Shown one piece after another: positions 50,690-62,605 of a stretch of 64,000 nt of DNA. Position numbers and translations under genes: made by a program. Origin of the DNA: Amoebophrya sp. A120 (Eukaryota > Protista > Dinoflagellata); contig CAJINV010000003.1 of assembly GCA_905178155.1 (NCBI GenBank), forward strand, positions 10,501,604 through 10,565,603. The letters are read 5' to 3'. The notes under the pieces were generated by a model. It saw only the letters and a program-made list of their open reading frames with translations, was not told the origin of the DNA and did not search any database. Every line of letters begins with the position of its first letter. The stretch's first letter is position 1.

Positions 50690-52035
50690 AAAAACATACG
50701 TCCGGCCACATTGCTGGCCTTGCCTCACGCGTACCATCAGAAGTGCGGCGCTGGCGGTTTGTTGGTGCTGCACCATCAGAAGCGCGGAACTTACGGACGG
50801 GCGCCACCCGTCTACAAATTCTACAACTCTTCGCGGAGATCAATAAGGCACGCCGTCCATTATGTCGTTGTGCTCGGTCTGCTAACCCAAGTGCGTAGAT
50901 TCGTCCCGTGCTTGGTCTCTCAACATTTTTCGGCGTCCTCCCGAAGGCAGTCCGCCTAATAACTTAGAGCCTGCAGATAGGGTTCCCGCTTGTGAGGGCC
51001 GGGTCGGCTCGCGGCTCAGCCGAGTGAGCGACTCCTATTCCAGGCTCTAACCCTTTCGGATTGCTTGGGCTCCTGGTGCTGCAGTCACCACTTGGGAGCA
51101 TAAAAAGCAAAAACATAAGCCCGGCCGCACTGGTGGCCTTGCCTCACGCGCACCATCAGAAGTGCGGGATAGGCAGTTTGCTGGTGCTGCACCATCAGAA
51201 GTGCGGAACTTGCGAGCGGGCGAGCCCTTTCCAAAACTATCCAAAAAAAAAACCATAGCTAGGGTTCCCGCTTGTGGGGGCCGGGCCGGCTCGCGGCTCT
51301 TTGTGTAAGAGATGTTTCGCTGAGCTCTAACCCCTTCGGATTGCTCAGGCTCCTGGTGCTGCAGTCACCACTTGGGAGCATAACAACTAAAAACATAAGT
51401 CCGGCCACACTGGTGGCTTTGCCTCAAGTGCACCATCAGAAGTGTAGCATTGGTAGTTTGCTGGTGCTGCACCATCAGAAGTGCGGAGCTTGCGAATGGG
51501 CGACCCCTTTCCCGAAACTTGCAACCACCGCTTGGGAGTATAAGAATGAAAACATAAGTCCAGCCGCACTGGCGGCTCTGCCTCACGTGCACCATCAGAA
51601 GTGCAGTATTGGTGGTCGTTGGTGCTGCACCATCAGAAGTGTAGAACGGGCGAACGGGCGAACCCTTTCCCGAAACTTTCCCGAAAAAACAAATTTCGTG
51701 CTTGGTCTCTAAACAAATTTCGGTGTCCCCCCGGTGGTAGTCCGCCTAATAACTTAATAACCATATTTAGGGTTCCCGCTTGTGGGAGCCGGGTCGGCTC
51801 GCGGCTCATTGTGTGAGAGAAGTTTTGCTGAGCTCTAACCCCTTCGGATTGCTCAGGCTCCTGGTGCTGCTATCACCATTTGGGAGTATAAGAAAGAAAA
51901 ACATAAGTCCAGCCGCACTGGCGGCCCTGCCTCACGTGCACCATCAGAAGTGTAGTATTGGTGGTTGTTGGTGCTGCACCATCAGAAGTGCGGAACTGAT
52001 GATCGGGCGACCCCTTAGAAGAAGAAGAAGAAAAA
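50690..52035 (+). mobile_element. Head-to-tail cluster of five SINE-like copies with variable 5' truncation
   Basis: Copies at ~50690-50810, ~50830-51252, 51253-51520, 51520-51690 and 51691-52035. All end after 2x GCACCATCAGAAGTG...GGGCG.(.)CCC, most with an A-rich tail. Confidence 0.8.
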
Positions 52036-53243
52036 CAGGCCGCGGCCAATCAGCGAGGAGCAGGCATTGGTTTTGCTGAGCAAATTGAGAAACAAAGTAG
52101 GTGGTAGTGGTAGTACTCCCGTATTTCAACTGTCACTTCTGTTGAGGTAGAGTCCGTCGCGCTGCACAACAAATATTTTGACGCACTTTGTAATTGCCGC
52201 ATCTTCGTCATTCACTTTATTCCCATTTTCATTTACGGTAGCATTTGAGCCTGGAATACGCCAAAACTAAAGATGCGCCTGGTGGTACTCCAATAGCACC
52301 GGCGGTGCTATTGGTTTTATCCGCGACCGCCATCCCCCCCCTGCCACGCCGACAGAAAAACTACATTTCGGACCCAACTGCGCCTAATCACACTACCATC
52401 AGACTCCCCGAGACTATATACCTTCTTCGCGATGTTGATTGATCGTGTGTCCGCCGATCTGGCCTGCGCTCTCGGGTTTTGCATGTTGAGTTTGTGCGAT
52501 CTGTTTGCTTTTTTTTTGCAAAATTCCGATAGGAACTTTGCTTTCTGCTTCGCACATTCACGCTGTGATGCGCCCCCACGGGCACTGATGTCTGATCGTA
52601 GTATTTCTTGGAGGCTCCGCTGCGGTTGGGATCCCACATGGAAAATGTAGTTTTGATCTGTCACGCATCGGTGCAGCCGGGTAGTTTCTGCAGACCTCGC
52701 ACAGCGCCATTTTACCGCCGCCCGCATGTACACTGCACCACCATCGCGGCCAGGAATCCGCCCGGCTCTGCCCCCGATTCCCGATGGCGTCCTGCCCTTT
52801 ACCTACTAGCTCCACCTATCTGCTGTTCTGCGTCATACCGTCGGCGCTCCCGCCCGAAGCCACACGACACGAACTACCACCCACGATCCGTAGCTGGTCA
52901 GCGGGATTTTGTGCCTCCGCTCGTGGCCGACAAGTTGCGCGACTTTCACGGAACCTGCTGCAGCTTGCACTACGGTACTGCCACCAAGGACTTGTTGCTG
53001 TCCTTCCACAACCCGACACCTGCTCGCCGGCCGTCCTTTGATAAACTTCTTCCCGCACTACCTACTGCTACTCCGATGTGACGAAAGGTATTTTCAAACT
53101 GGTACTCCGGCTGCAGGTAGTACTTGGTCCCCGCCCCACCTGCCGCACTACATCTGCATTCCGATGGGCGCCATGAAGATTTGATGTTGATGAGGAAGGC
53201 TCTTGGCACTTAGCAATAGAAAAAAACTTTATCCACCTAGATA

Positions 53244-53683
53244 CAATAGGCCCGCTTTTTTGTCTGCGGGGATCAGTTCAGCACGCTTTCCATTATGTTG
53301 TAATGCCCGGTCTGCTAATCCGGGTGCGTAGATTCATTTCGTGCGTGATCCCTAAACAATTCAGTGGTGACCTCCCGGTGGTAGTCCGCCTAATAGCTTA
53401 ATGCGATAAGTTAGGGCCCCCGCTTGTGGGGGTCGAGTCGGCTCGCGGCTCCGTGCAGGATGTTCGTAATCCAAGCTCTAACCCCTTCGGATTGCTTGGG
53501 CTCCTGGTGCTGCAATCACCTCGTGGGAGCATAACAATTATTAACATAAGTCCGGCCACACTGGTGGCTTCACCTCACGCGCACCATTAGAAGTGCGGGA
53601 TTGGTAGTTTGCGGGTGCTGCACCATCAGAAGTGCGGAATTTGCGAACGGGCGAGCCCTTTCCCGAAACTTTCCCGAAAAAAA
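53244..53683 (+). mobile_element. Long copy of the SINE-like family
   Basis: Aligns with the 1870-2290 copy from CAA.AGGCCCG onward and ends TTTCCCGAAACTTTCCCGAAAAAAAA. Confidence 0.8.
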
Positions 53684-55231
53684 ATTCGCTATTGACTCTC
53701 TCAGTGAGTGTGTGCGTCGCTGTGAGATTGGACGGGTCAGGCCACGACTCTGTCACCAAGCAATAGCGCCATCTCTTAGCGGCTCAAGACGGCTCCTATT
53801 GTGACTCAAACTTGTTTCTTCTGTGCATAGGAAGAGCCTAATCTTCCTTTTATGCCTTCCGCGTCTACTGCGGAGCAAAGCCCTTCGCCTTTTCATTGTT
53901 TGTCCCCGATCTATCAGACTGACGACAACAGAGGTTTCGCACCATGCTGGCAGTCACTTCTTTTGTAAGTAAGAAGCTCCACTCGATCCCGGGGACAGAA
54001 ATAAATTACCGAGGCATGTAGTTCTAGTTTTTTCTCTTACCAGCCAAGAAATAGACTTGCAGCAACTCGACGAAGTCTACCGCTATTGATAGGCGGATGG
54101 AGTTGAAGTTGAAGACGTAGCACAGAAGCTCTTGCATCTGTGCAGTGTCCCCTTCATTTAGTTGTAGTGGTGTGCCTTGAGTACCGCTGCAGCGTTTGGC
54201 AGAGCAAAGCAAGCATCTTGATTTTGCGTCTCTGTGATGGTTGTGGTCCTGCTGCCTCCATGGTGGGAAACAAATGCATTCACATGGAGATATTTGGAAC
54301 CATTCGCAGTGGCATTTTGGATTCGTCTGGAGGACTTCATGTCGGCGGAGCTAGTTGTTTGGTATTCAAATATTGATCATCATCATTCACTGACATTCAT
54401 CTAGTACCAGCTGTACGACCTTACCTTCTACCTCCCGAAATTAACAAAGTTTTTAAAGCGTCGTCACCAGCAGTATCTCTTTATCAAGGGATGCATGATC
54501 ATGACGGACACGGACGCGAGGAGGAGTTAAATTGATCGTATTGTGTAATATAAATATAAGCCCGAGACAGGTACTCCTACCTATTGCTAGGACTCACTGC
54601 AATCGTATTCTCATCGTGGTTTCCACACTGCGTCATGTACTTTAGTGATGTGCGACGACGTGTTGCAGTTGCCGTCGACACCGCGCTCGGATTATTATTG
54701 TTCCACCAGTTTCAGTCTCAGTGTGCCGCGGATTTAGATGCTTCTTGATCTTGATAACGGAGGACCGCCACCGGCCACAGTGCTAGAAAGGTCTTTTGGA
54801 AAACCACACAATAGGCACCTGCAGCCGCAGGCGTGACAAGTGGAGTCACTCGACCTGCCAGCTGTGACGTGAACGTCCGCCCATCAATCTTTCCTGGGGA
54901 AGTAGAAATCTGTTGTCGTAGTCACAGGTGAATTCGCTTCTACGTGCAATTAAAGCGACGGCCAAAACTTTTTCGGCTCTTGCTGACGAACGAAGTAGTG
55001 ACCATCTTTTTTATTTGTGTCTTCCTTTGGTCTACGAGAAACATGACAGCAATGGGCTCCGATCAAGAACAAACACACTGCACCGATCGGATTTTGATCC
55101 TATGCACTATTCCGTAAATTTTGCGGTATGTACATGTAATAGAAGAGACCTGTCCTGCAGTAGTCGTTCTGTGCCAGCGTAATTGGCTGAGCTGCAGCTG
55201 CACGACCGCAGTGAGCTAGAAGCGCAGGGCC

Positions 55232-56929
55232 GTGTGCCTGCCAGACGAACTGAATGCCGAAGCCACGATCACAGATTTTAGCTTTATAAGTTTGCATACT
55301 CGTCCATCAAACTTTGCTCGGAACGAGATCGCGCTTCATCGAAGGTCTAGCACTACCGCCGCTCCCGCACGGGAACTAGAGCTGCTTCCTGTGGTTCCGC
55401 CCAGGCGTGCTGGTACTACTTCCCCCACAACCTGTTTGCAGCCGCCCGCCGGCCTTCACATTGCCTTGGTACAACAAGAACCGCAGGTGGTACGGGCGCG
55501 GGGACCTGATGTTCTCGGTGAGATAGCGGGCGTACCAGCTGCAGCTGACGCAGTGGCGGGCTCTCCTCCTGGCGGATCTACGACAAACGGACGTGGCGCA
55601 ATAGCCGGTGCTCCTGGTTCGACAAATGCAAATGGGCCGGTCTGGCGTCGCACTGGTGTTGCTGTCAGCGCGGCGGCAGTTACGCGCGAACTCAGTATCG
55701 GAAGCAGCCCTGGCCGCTTTCCCACCCCAGTTGACCAGGACCATCCAGATCGGTGCATAAGTGGAATAAATGTTGCACCACCCTCGTGGTCCAGTCGCCA
55801 ACCTCCTGCCGACCACAGTCTCGCTTTGGTGCCGCACCGCGATCAACATGGAGATGCTAGTCATCTACTATTCCCGCCCGGCGTTCTTGCTCCCGCACCA
55901 AGTTGGAGAATGAAAACGAATTCAACTTCTACTTCAAAAGACGCACGCGCAACGCCAGTGACTGACGGCACAGGAGGGGCCACTTCGTCAGCTTCTGAGC
56001 ATCTTGGTCATGATGGAAGTGCGCCTGTCTTGGCAAAGGGGATCATGACAAAGCAAGCTGTTGTTCTTGCGCGAAACAATAATGACTTCGCTCGTCCTTC
56101 TGGTGAAGTTGTAGATCTTCCTGGCCCCGCTGCGTTTCTTATCCGCTCGCGTTCAGGTAGCCGCACCAGTTGCAAGGAAGACGACGCGGAACTGTTCAAG
56201 TCACGATTTTCTCCAGCGGCCAAAAGGAATTCGCAACTGGAAACGCTAAACCTCTCGGCGCAGGATTTGCGTGACCTGGAACTGAGTCTGCGTGTAAGTG
56301 CGAGTACCGCAGCCGAGTCCGCTGCTGTAGCCTTCGGAGAGGGTGGCCGGTGCAGCAAGCCGATATCAACAGCACCGATGAGCAGCCAGACTAACCGGCC
56401 CTGCATCGATTTCAGTCCGAAGCTGGACACCATTGCGACGCCGATATCCCTCGCAAGTCATGGGCGGACCACTACCTCGACAGTGCAAAGGCGGGGCTTC
56501 GGGGGGGTGCTCGCTGCTGCATGCGATGCGCAGCCCCGTGCGGGTCTTCTTGCGCGCAGAGACGCGAATGGTACCGATAGAAGTAGCGCCATTAGAAATG
56601 GAATAAATGCAGCTGATCAAGAACGGGTGTTCAATATGCCTGCTCGACCTCGAGGGAGCGGCGTCATTGCTGCGTCGTCGCCATTCGCGAACAGCAGAAG
56701 CACTCCAGAGGCGAGCTCAAGATCAAGGCCACTACTTTGCCAGAATTCCGTGAGTGTAAAGGGGCTCAAAGCAGATGAAGGTGGAAGCACCGGTGTATTT
56801 TTTGAGGATGCGACAGCAGTAACAGATGTAGGTAAAGATGAGCAAGAGCAAAATCATCAATCAGGACGCACACCAGTGGACACGGGCGGAATGAAAATGG
56901 ATGATCTGGTATCCAGCGAAAGAAAATGA
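55232..56929 (+). CDS. Hypothetical disordered Pro/Ser/Ala-rich protein (terminal exon; upstream exons likely)
   Basis: 565-codon ORF. No domain recognised. Confidence 0.6.
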   Translation: MCLPDELNAEATITDFSFISLHTRPSNFARNEIALHRRSSTTAAPARELELLPVVPPRRAGTTSPTTCLQPPAGLHIALVQQEPQVVRARGPDVLGEIAGVPAAADAVAGSPPGGSTTNGRGAIAGAPGSTNANGPVWRRTGVAVSAAAVTRELSIGSSPGRFPTPVDQDHPDRCISGINVAPPSWSSRQPPADHSLALVPHRDQHGDASHLLFPPGVLAPAPSWRMKTNSTSTSKDARATPVTDGTGGATSSASEHLGHDGSAPVLAKGIMTKQAVVLARNNNDFARPSGEVVDLPGPAAFLIRSRSGSRTSCKEDDAELFKSRFSPAAKRNSQLETLNLSAQDLRDLELSLRVSASTAAESAAVAFGEGGRCSKPISTAPMSSQTNRPCIDFSPKLDTIATPISLASHGRTTTSTVQRRGFGGVLAAACDAQPRAGLLARRDANGTDRSSAIRNGINAADQERVFNMPARPRGSGVIAASSPFANSRSTPEASSRSRPLLCQNSVSVKGLKADEGGSTGVFFEDATAVTDVGKDEQEQNHQSGRTPVDTGGMKMDDLVSSERK

Positions 56930-59176
56930 AGAAGTAGTCCCGTGTGCGAGACTATGCAGTGGAGTATGACAATGATAATGCATGCGAGCGCAAGAAGATC
57001 AATGCAAAAAATAAGAATAACAACAATACCGATGCATGAGAAGAACAAGAAGTCTACTTCCACTTCGCTTAGAGAAACAAACGACAGGGCTCTTTGCATA
57101 AACGCAGTATTTCAACAGATGGCGCGTATGCCCTCATACATATTATGTATGTGTCCTGCCTTGTCCGATATTATGTCATAATATCGGACAAGGCAGGACA
57201 ATGAAAGAGTTCGTTTGCTGTGACAGCGCGGAAGTGCGCGCAAATCTATGTCTATCACCCTTGTAGCACTATTTCTTTGTTGTATGCTCTTGCTCGTCTC
57301 CAGACGAGGAACGCATTCGCACATTCTTTCGTGCGATACGTAGACGCCCTAGTGCAACGCATTCGGACGAACAAGATTACCAAGAGTAACGGCAAGGCCC
57401 AGCAAAAAGAAGGGAACACGCAGACAGGTGTCGATAGCACGCGGTTTGTCCCGAAGTTTCGTCCAGTTGCAGGGCAGGATCAGATGAAAGCGTGTGCGTG
57501 AATGTCTCGGGGGGCACAGGTTCGGGACGTTCGTAGCGAAATAAGAACTCATTTTTCAGGGACCTCAATTCTGCGATCGGAAACGTTTGCGGGCTGACAG
57601 CCTCTGAGAACTCGTGGAGAACCGCCCGACTGCACGCGGTGTTGCCCTAATAGTTTTGGTTTTGCTTCCATTTCGTTTTTCGGTCGGTGGATGCTTCAAA
57701 ATGTCAACAGTTTAATGATGCCTGTGCCTGCTCGTGGTGAAAGATCGTTCTTCTGCTGCAGCGTTGCGCTTGCAGCCGGAACGAAGTTGTTGATCGAGCA
57801 TCTTCGTGCATGGGGACGGCAGTGTTTAACGGTTGCGCGAATACGAGGACAACTGTACTACAACTTACATCGATCATCACTTGTGTACCAGAGCAAAAAA
57901 CCCATTGTTACTGCAGGTTTGACTAGTGCCACATATTTCAAGTCTCCTTTTGGCTGCTCAGTTTGGCAGACAAAGACACTTTTGGTACGCATGGAATTGC
58001 TAACTAGCAGTGCGAAAAACTGAATATCGCATGCCTCCAGCGGATCCTCTTACCTCAACGACAACGGTCGATAGACAGTCGCGGGCTAGGTACCTTGAAC
58101 TTTGTGGCGCGAGATGCGGGCTTTCTCCCTCTGCAGTGGCGATAGCTTTTTACGCGGCAACCGTAAGCCTGTGAAAAGTATTTCGCTCACGAGCTGCAGC
58201 ATGAAAATGCCGCCGGTACAGAAGGATTAGCAATGCAGAGCTCTATCATGGCTTGGCAGCGGTCTGCTGTGAGGCAGCTTTCAGTATGTCTATGTGCAGG
58301 TCTATGTCAGATGCGATGCAGTTCAATTGTTGATCTCGTTGACGTTTAGGTGCACACGCACAGTTAATTAAAAGCACATGCGCATCGTGGAGCGCTAGTG
58401 CGGCTGCATAAGATGCGCCCTCTACTTTTTTTCAAGTTTTTGTTGTAATGTTCATCACCCACCTGAAGCTGAAGCTGCGGCTGCCTTCCTACTTCGTTAC
58501 TCGTAAACGCAATCACTTTGCATGTGGCGATGCTTGCTGAAGACCGGAAAAACCAAGTAGCGCGCTCTTTAAGCGATGTCACGTACCATCCATTGTTCCG
58601 ACTGCGACTGTAGTCGATGAGCGTAGACGAGGAAGACAATGAGGATGAGGGAAATCAGTTGCGCATCAAGAACCAACATGATGTCGTAACACTAGCTAAG
58701 AAGGTGAAGGGCAAAAGCGTAGTACTTGAGTTTGCACGTATCCTCCACTCGATGCAGTTCCCCGACCCACTTTTTTATTCTTGATTTTTCAAATTCGAGG
58801 TGAAGATGAAGCAGCAGGAGGGGGATACTTGTTGAATGATTCGCACTTGTTTCCACATCTTCCCATTCCCAAAATTAGGAAATAGTCACCTGCTCTTTGC
58901 ACCATTTTTTTAAATTGTCCATAGTCGTACTCGTAGCCACAGGCACAGTTGTCGCTCAGATAGAAGTTGTTTGAGGTTTCTAGGTCTTGCTCCCCCCGTT
59001 TTTCCTCCAGCGTGTGGCAGCTTCAGAAAACACTGGAAGTCGTTTTCGGCCCATGAACATGATCTGGAGCGACCAGCTGCTTCTTTGTCATTGTTTTAGT
59101 TACAGTTATTTTAGGTTATTTTCCACCAAGTAGTAGCAATAGCGTCATCATACAAGAAGAAGAATTGATCAAAGCC

Positions 59177-62100
59177 ATGGTTGCGCTCGGGAAGTATTTT
59201 CCAATCAAGATTCCCAAGGTAGTGTCGATCCAAAATGGGAAGCTATCTTGCTTTCAACTCGTTGTGCAGGTGGTGGTGGTGTCGTTGTTATTGTACCAGT
59301 TTATCGGGGAGCGGATGTATTTGGTAGTGAAAATTCCGCAGGGCTTTCCGAATGCTTGGGTGCAAGTTGCAGATGCCACCCTCCCGGCCGTGCAGCGGGA
59401 CTATCAGGGTCAAATCTGCCAGGGGTCTGCGGAGTTTCTGTACAAGTACTCGACTGCGTTCACGCACGGCTCCTACCAGTGCTTGGAGACTGCCGCTACG
59501 GAAGCGGGGTACAAGATCGGCAAGCGGGAAATCTACTTCCCTACGTATTATCGCGAAACCCGAGGTCGCCAGAGCTCCGGGACCGGTTGCGATAGCCTGT
59601 GCCCAGGCGCGTTGGCCTGCAACGATACGTCGTACACCCAGCCACCGCGGTACGATTTCGGCTACGAGTATCCAGGAAAAAAGACCCATCCCCATCCAAT
59701 TTGTCGTGCAAAACATGCACAGAGTCAAAGAAGTCCAGGGTTTATCATGATGTGGGAAATGGATGGGGATGGGTGTTTGTTCCACCTGGATAGCGAGTGC
59801 ATCGCCGAGAAGCGCGCGACTATTCCCGTCTGGAATTCCACGACGGACATTTTCAGCACGCAATCCGTGCGCACTTGTACGTGCTCGACGCGCGCTATCA
59901 TGGAAGCGTCTTCCTATATTGAGATCGACAAAGTCGTGAAAGTAATCAGCTTGCAATTAGCTGCAGCTTGCAATCAGAATCATGCATAAAGTTTTAATAT
60001 TAGTTTTAGTAAAATCGATACAGGTACAGCGCAAAAGCGGAGAACTGAGCAAAGTTCTCAACTTAACTGCCGAGCCCTATCGGCGCCACCAAGAGCGCGA
60101 ATGGGTTGCGAGACGTGGAGACTGACCCAAAACGACGAGAAGGCCCTGGACACTTGGCGGAGCAAAAAGCTTCGCCACTGTCTACCTAGGGGCGACCAAG
60201 TTCGACCACATCGCAACAGCCACCAGCCGCGCACGACTGAGCGCGCGACCGCTGTCGCAGGCAGCAGATATATAAATATGGGAGCGCCGGCTTTCTTCGA
60301 TATTTCGGCTACGCACCTCGCCCGATTCCCACCGATCCGACGCGAGTGGCCCACGTCATGTTGTCCGCCACAGTGCAAAAGCGAAAACACGGACAGGGAG
60401 CGGCAGAAACTTGGCGAACAGAAATCCGCACCGACATGACAAAAATGCGCGCAGCGGTTTCAGATTCATTGGCTCGGTCGAAATCTTTGGCGACAGATCA
60501 CAAAAGGGCTGCAAGCGGGCTCTGCTAGTAGTCACGGCATGCACTTCGCCTTCTTCCGCTGCGTCTTTCGAAGAGCAGACTACTCCGATTCAGCAAATAA
60601 GAAGACTGCAGGGACGAAAAGGATAAGGAACAGGAGTAGGGCGCGAGACAATTATCTAAGACTTAGAGTCGAACAGATTACAATCATCAGTAAGTCGATG
60701 CATTTACTACATACCAGCTGTTGACGCGCTTGCGTATGCGTTGGGTGGCGCGCTCGCGAAAAATCTTTGGAAGCTTGGTTTTCCAATATTCGTATTCCAT
60801 GCTGGTTTGAAAAAACAAGGTCAAGGCTGTTGTTGTGATTCTCCTCTGCAGCTCTATCTCTGCCCCTAAACAGTCTTGTAATCGGCCTCGCTTGTTGCTT
60901 GCCTGCTGTGCATTTTTGCAGGTATTTTGTGGCTTTCATATGTGATTTTATCTTTATGCTCCATGAGTAGAAAAATCTCATTCGCAACTTTGTCGATTTG
61001 GAGCCTGGCACTTTCATACGCGCACACTATCTGGTCGCTGGGGTTTCTTCCCGGGCGATGGGTTTCGAGCACATTTTCAAAGTTTCGGACCAGGAAACCG
61101 AGGTATCCGGCGCGTCAGGGGGATCCAAAGCGGTCGCGGACGCAGACGAGAATAAGCTGCCCGTGCTCACGATTATCATGACCAAGAAGGACGATGGTAA
61201 GTACGAAGAGTTTGACTGCTTCGAGGAGAAAAAACGCCGGGACGCTAGCGTGTCGGGTGACATGAGCGGCAGATGCCGCTTCTTTGAGAACGACGCAGTC
61301 TGGATGACCTTGGAAGACTGGGTGACGGCGGCGTCCGGCGGGAAAATCAATCTTGCCGACCCGGATGCACGGAACAGCCACATTGCTGCAAACCTGGCAC
61401 TATCCCCCGCAAAAGTTTCGTATTCGTACTAAAAATCGACGCAATCATACAAGTACATACAAACCTTCTACTTCCCACCAAGCTAAATGAGTGAGCGTGC
61501 CAAGTTGGTTCTCTTTGTCATGCTAAGCTATAATTAATTTGTGTTGCAACATTTGCAGTAACTTTTTCTAGTTCTAGTGCGATACTTTTGCAATTGATAG
61601 GTACCCGGGTACAGTTCGGGGGACCGGCGCATGGCCGCCTTCCGCCTCACCGGGGTGGAAGTGTTGGTCAGCCTCGAGTACGTTGGCCCGGAGTTTCACG
61701 GAAACATTCCGGAGTCCGTGGACCTTGACGGGTTCGAAGACTACATGGTTGCCCTCGTGAAACTGTCTGTGAACGATGCCATGTGGACGGGGCTGCCGCA
61801 GACCGCCTACGGCTCGCCTGCTCCCTCCGCGGTGGCCGCGACCGATTTCCACACGGGCTCGTTTCGCGAGCGCTACCACTACGGGATCCGGTTCTTGTTC
61901 ATGACCAGCACCAGCTCCGCGTATGGGGCCTTTTCGATGATGGATTTACTCACTGGCCTAGCTGTATTCAAGGTGTACTTCGGGGCTGCGGGTGCCGTGG
62001 TGGCTTTGTTTGCCCTGTACGCCCTCGGCCAGCTGTCGGTGCAGTACAAGCGAGCCGTCGAGCAGCCTTTGGACGTGAAGAAAGAAGCCGCCACCATCGT

Positions 62101-62605
62101 GCCAGCCAAGCTCCTGATCGCGGTCGCGGCGTACCGGGCACTGGAGCGTGCTGGTAGTGCAGAGCAACAAGCGGGAGGCGGCGCCGTGCAGAAGAGCCCC
62201 CGACACAGCCTAACGGCAGGCGGAGCAGGCAGCCCTGGCGACGAAGGCACCCTGGCGGCCTACGGCGCGGCCGCCGGCGCCAGCACGTCTCCGCGTCCCA
62301 GCCCGCGGACAGGAAGTCGATCGAACAGGACCAACAACAAGTTCGATGAGCGCGTTCTCCGTCAGTGTCTGGTCGACGTGTTCGGCTCGGGGGAGCATGT
62401 TCTCCGCGGATCCGGCATTGATGCCCTGGTGGAAACGGTCCTGCTTGCGCTCGGCGACTACAACAAGAATATGGACCTGGAAAGCTTCGTGGAGGCTTTC
62501 CTCGCGCACGACGCACTTGATCTGAATCAGTTCCAAAACATGTTCGACGCACATCGCAAGGTGGGCCGGTTGGAGCAGTACTTCTCCACGCCGTTGGATC
62601 TCACG
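59177..62605 (+). CDS. Divergent P2X-receptor-like ion channel with possible C-terminal EF-hand-like region
   Basis: Predicted exons 59177-59667, 59794-59895, 61024-61399 and 61601-62605, with a possible further exon from 63878. IPKVVSIQNGKLSCFQLVVQVVVVSLLLYQFIGERMY (N-terminus/TM1), a Cys-rich ectodomain, FRLTGVEVLV and HYGIRFLF...YGAFSMMDLLTGLAVFKVYFGAAGAVVALFALY (TM2). Confidence 0.8.
59668..59793 (+). mobile_element. Introner with GT-AG ends, 126 nt, stop-free and in frame
   Basis: CGA[GTATCCAGG..ACCCATCCCCATCCA ... TGGATGGGGATGGGT..CCTGGATAG]CGA. Confidence 0.88.
59895..61019 (+). mobile_element. 1.1-kb introner; non-canonical intron
   Basis: GCG[CTAT..ATCGACAAAGT ... ACTTTGTCGAT..ATAC]GCG. 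Removal joins TCTCSTR to AHYLVAGV in frame, and no sliding position gives a terminal AG. Confidence 0.75.
61400..61600 (+). mobile_element. Introner, family B
   Basis: GCA[CTATC..GCAAAAGTTTCG ... CGATACTTTTGCAATTGATAG]GTA. Spliceable as CT-AG or as GC-AG (61397-61600). Confidence 0.82.

Noticed and set aside
50690-52035. Hammerhead ribozyme/retrozyme in the tandem repeat
   Set aside because: The minus strand has CTGATGG rather than the CUGANGA core, and no matching GAAA stem arrangement was found.
53305-53360. tRNA-Ser(GCT)-like anticodon hairpin in the SINE-like repeat
   Set aside because: No D-arm, T-arm (GTTCRA) or acceptor stem can be built.
8723-61600. Apparent bias of intron lengths to multiples of three
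   Set aside because: There are counter-examples (331, 155, 329, 149 and 64 nt), the sample is small, and in-frame introns are easier to spot.
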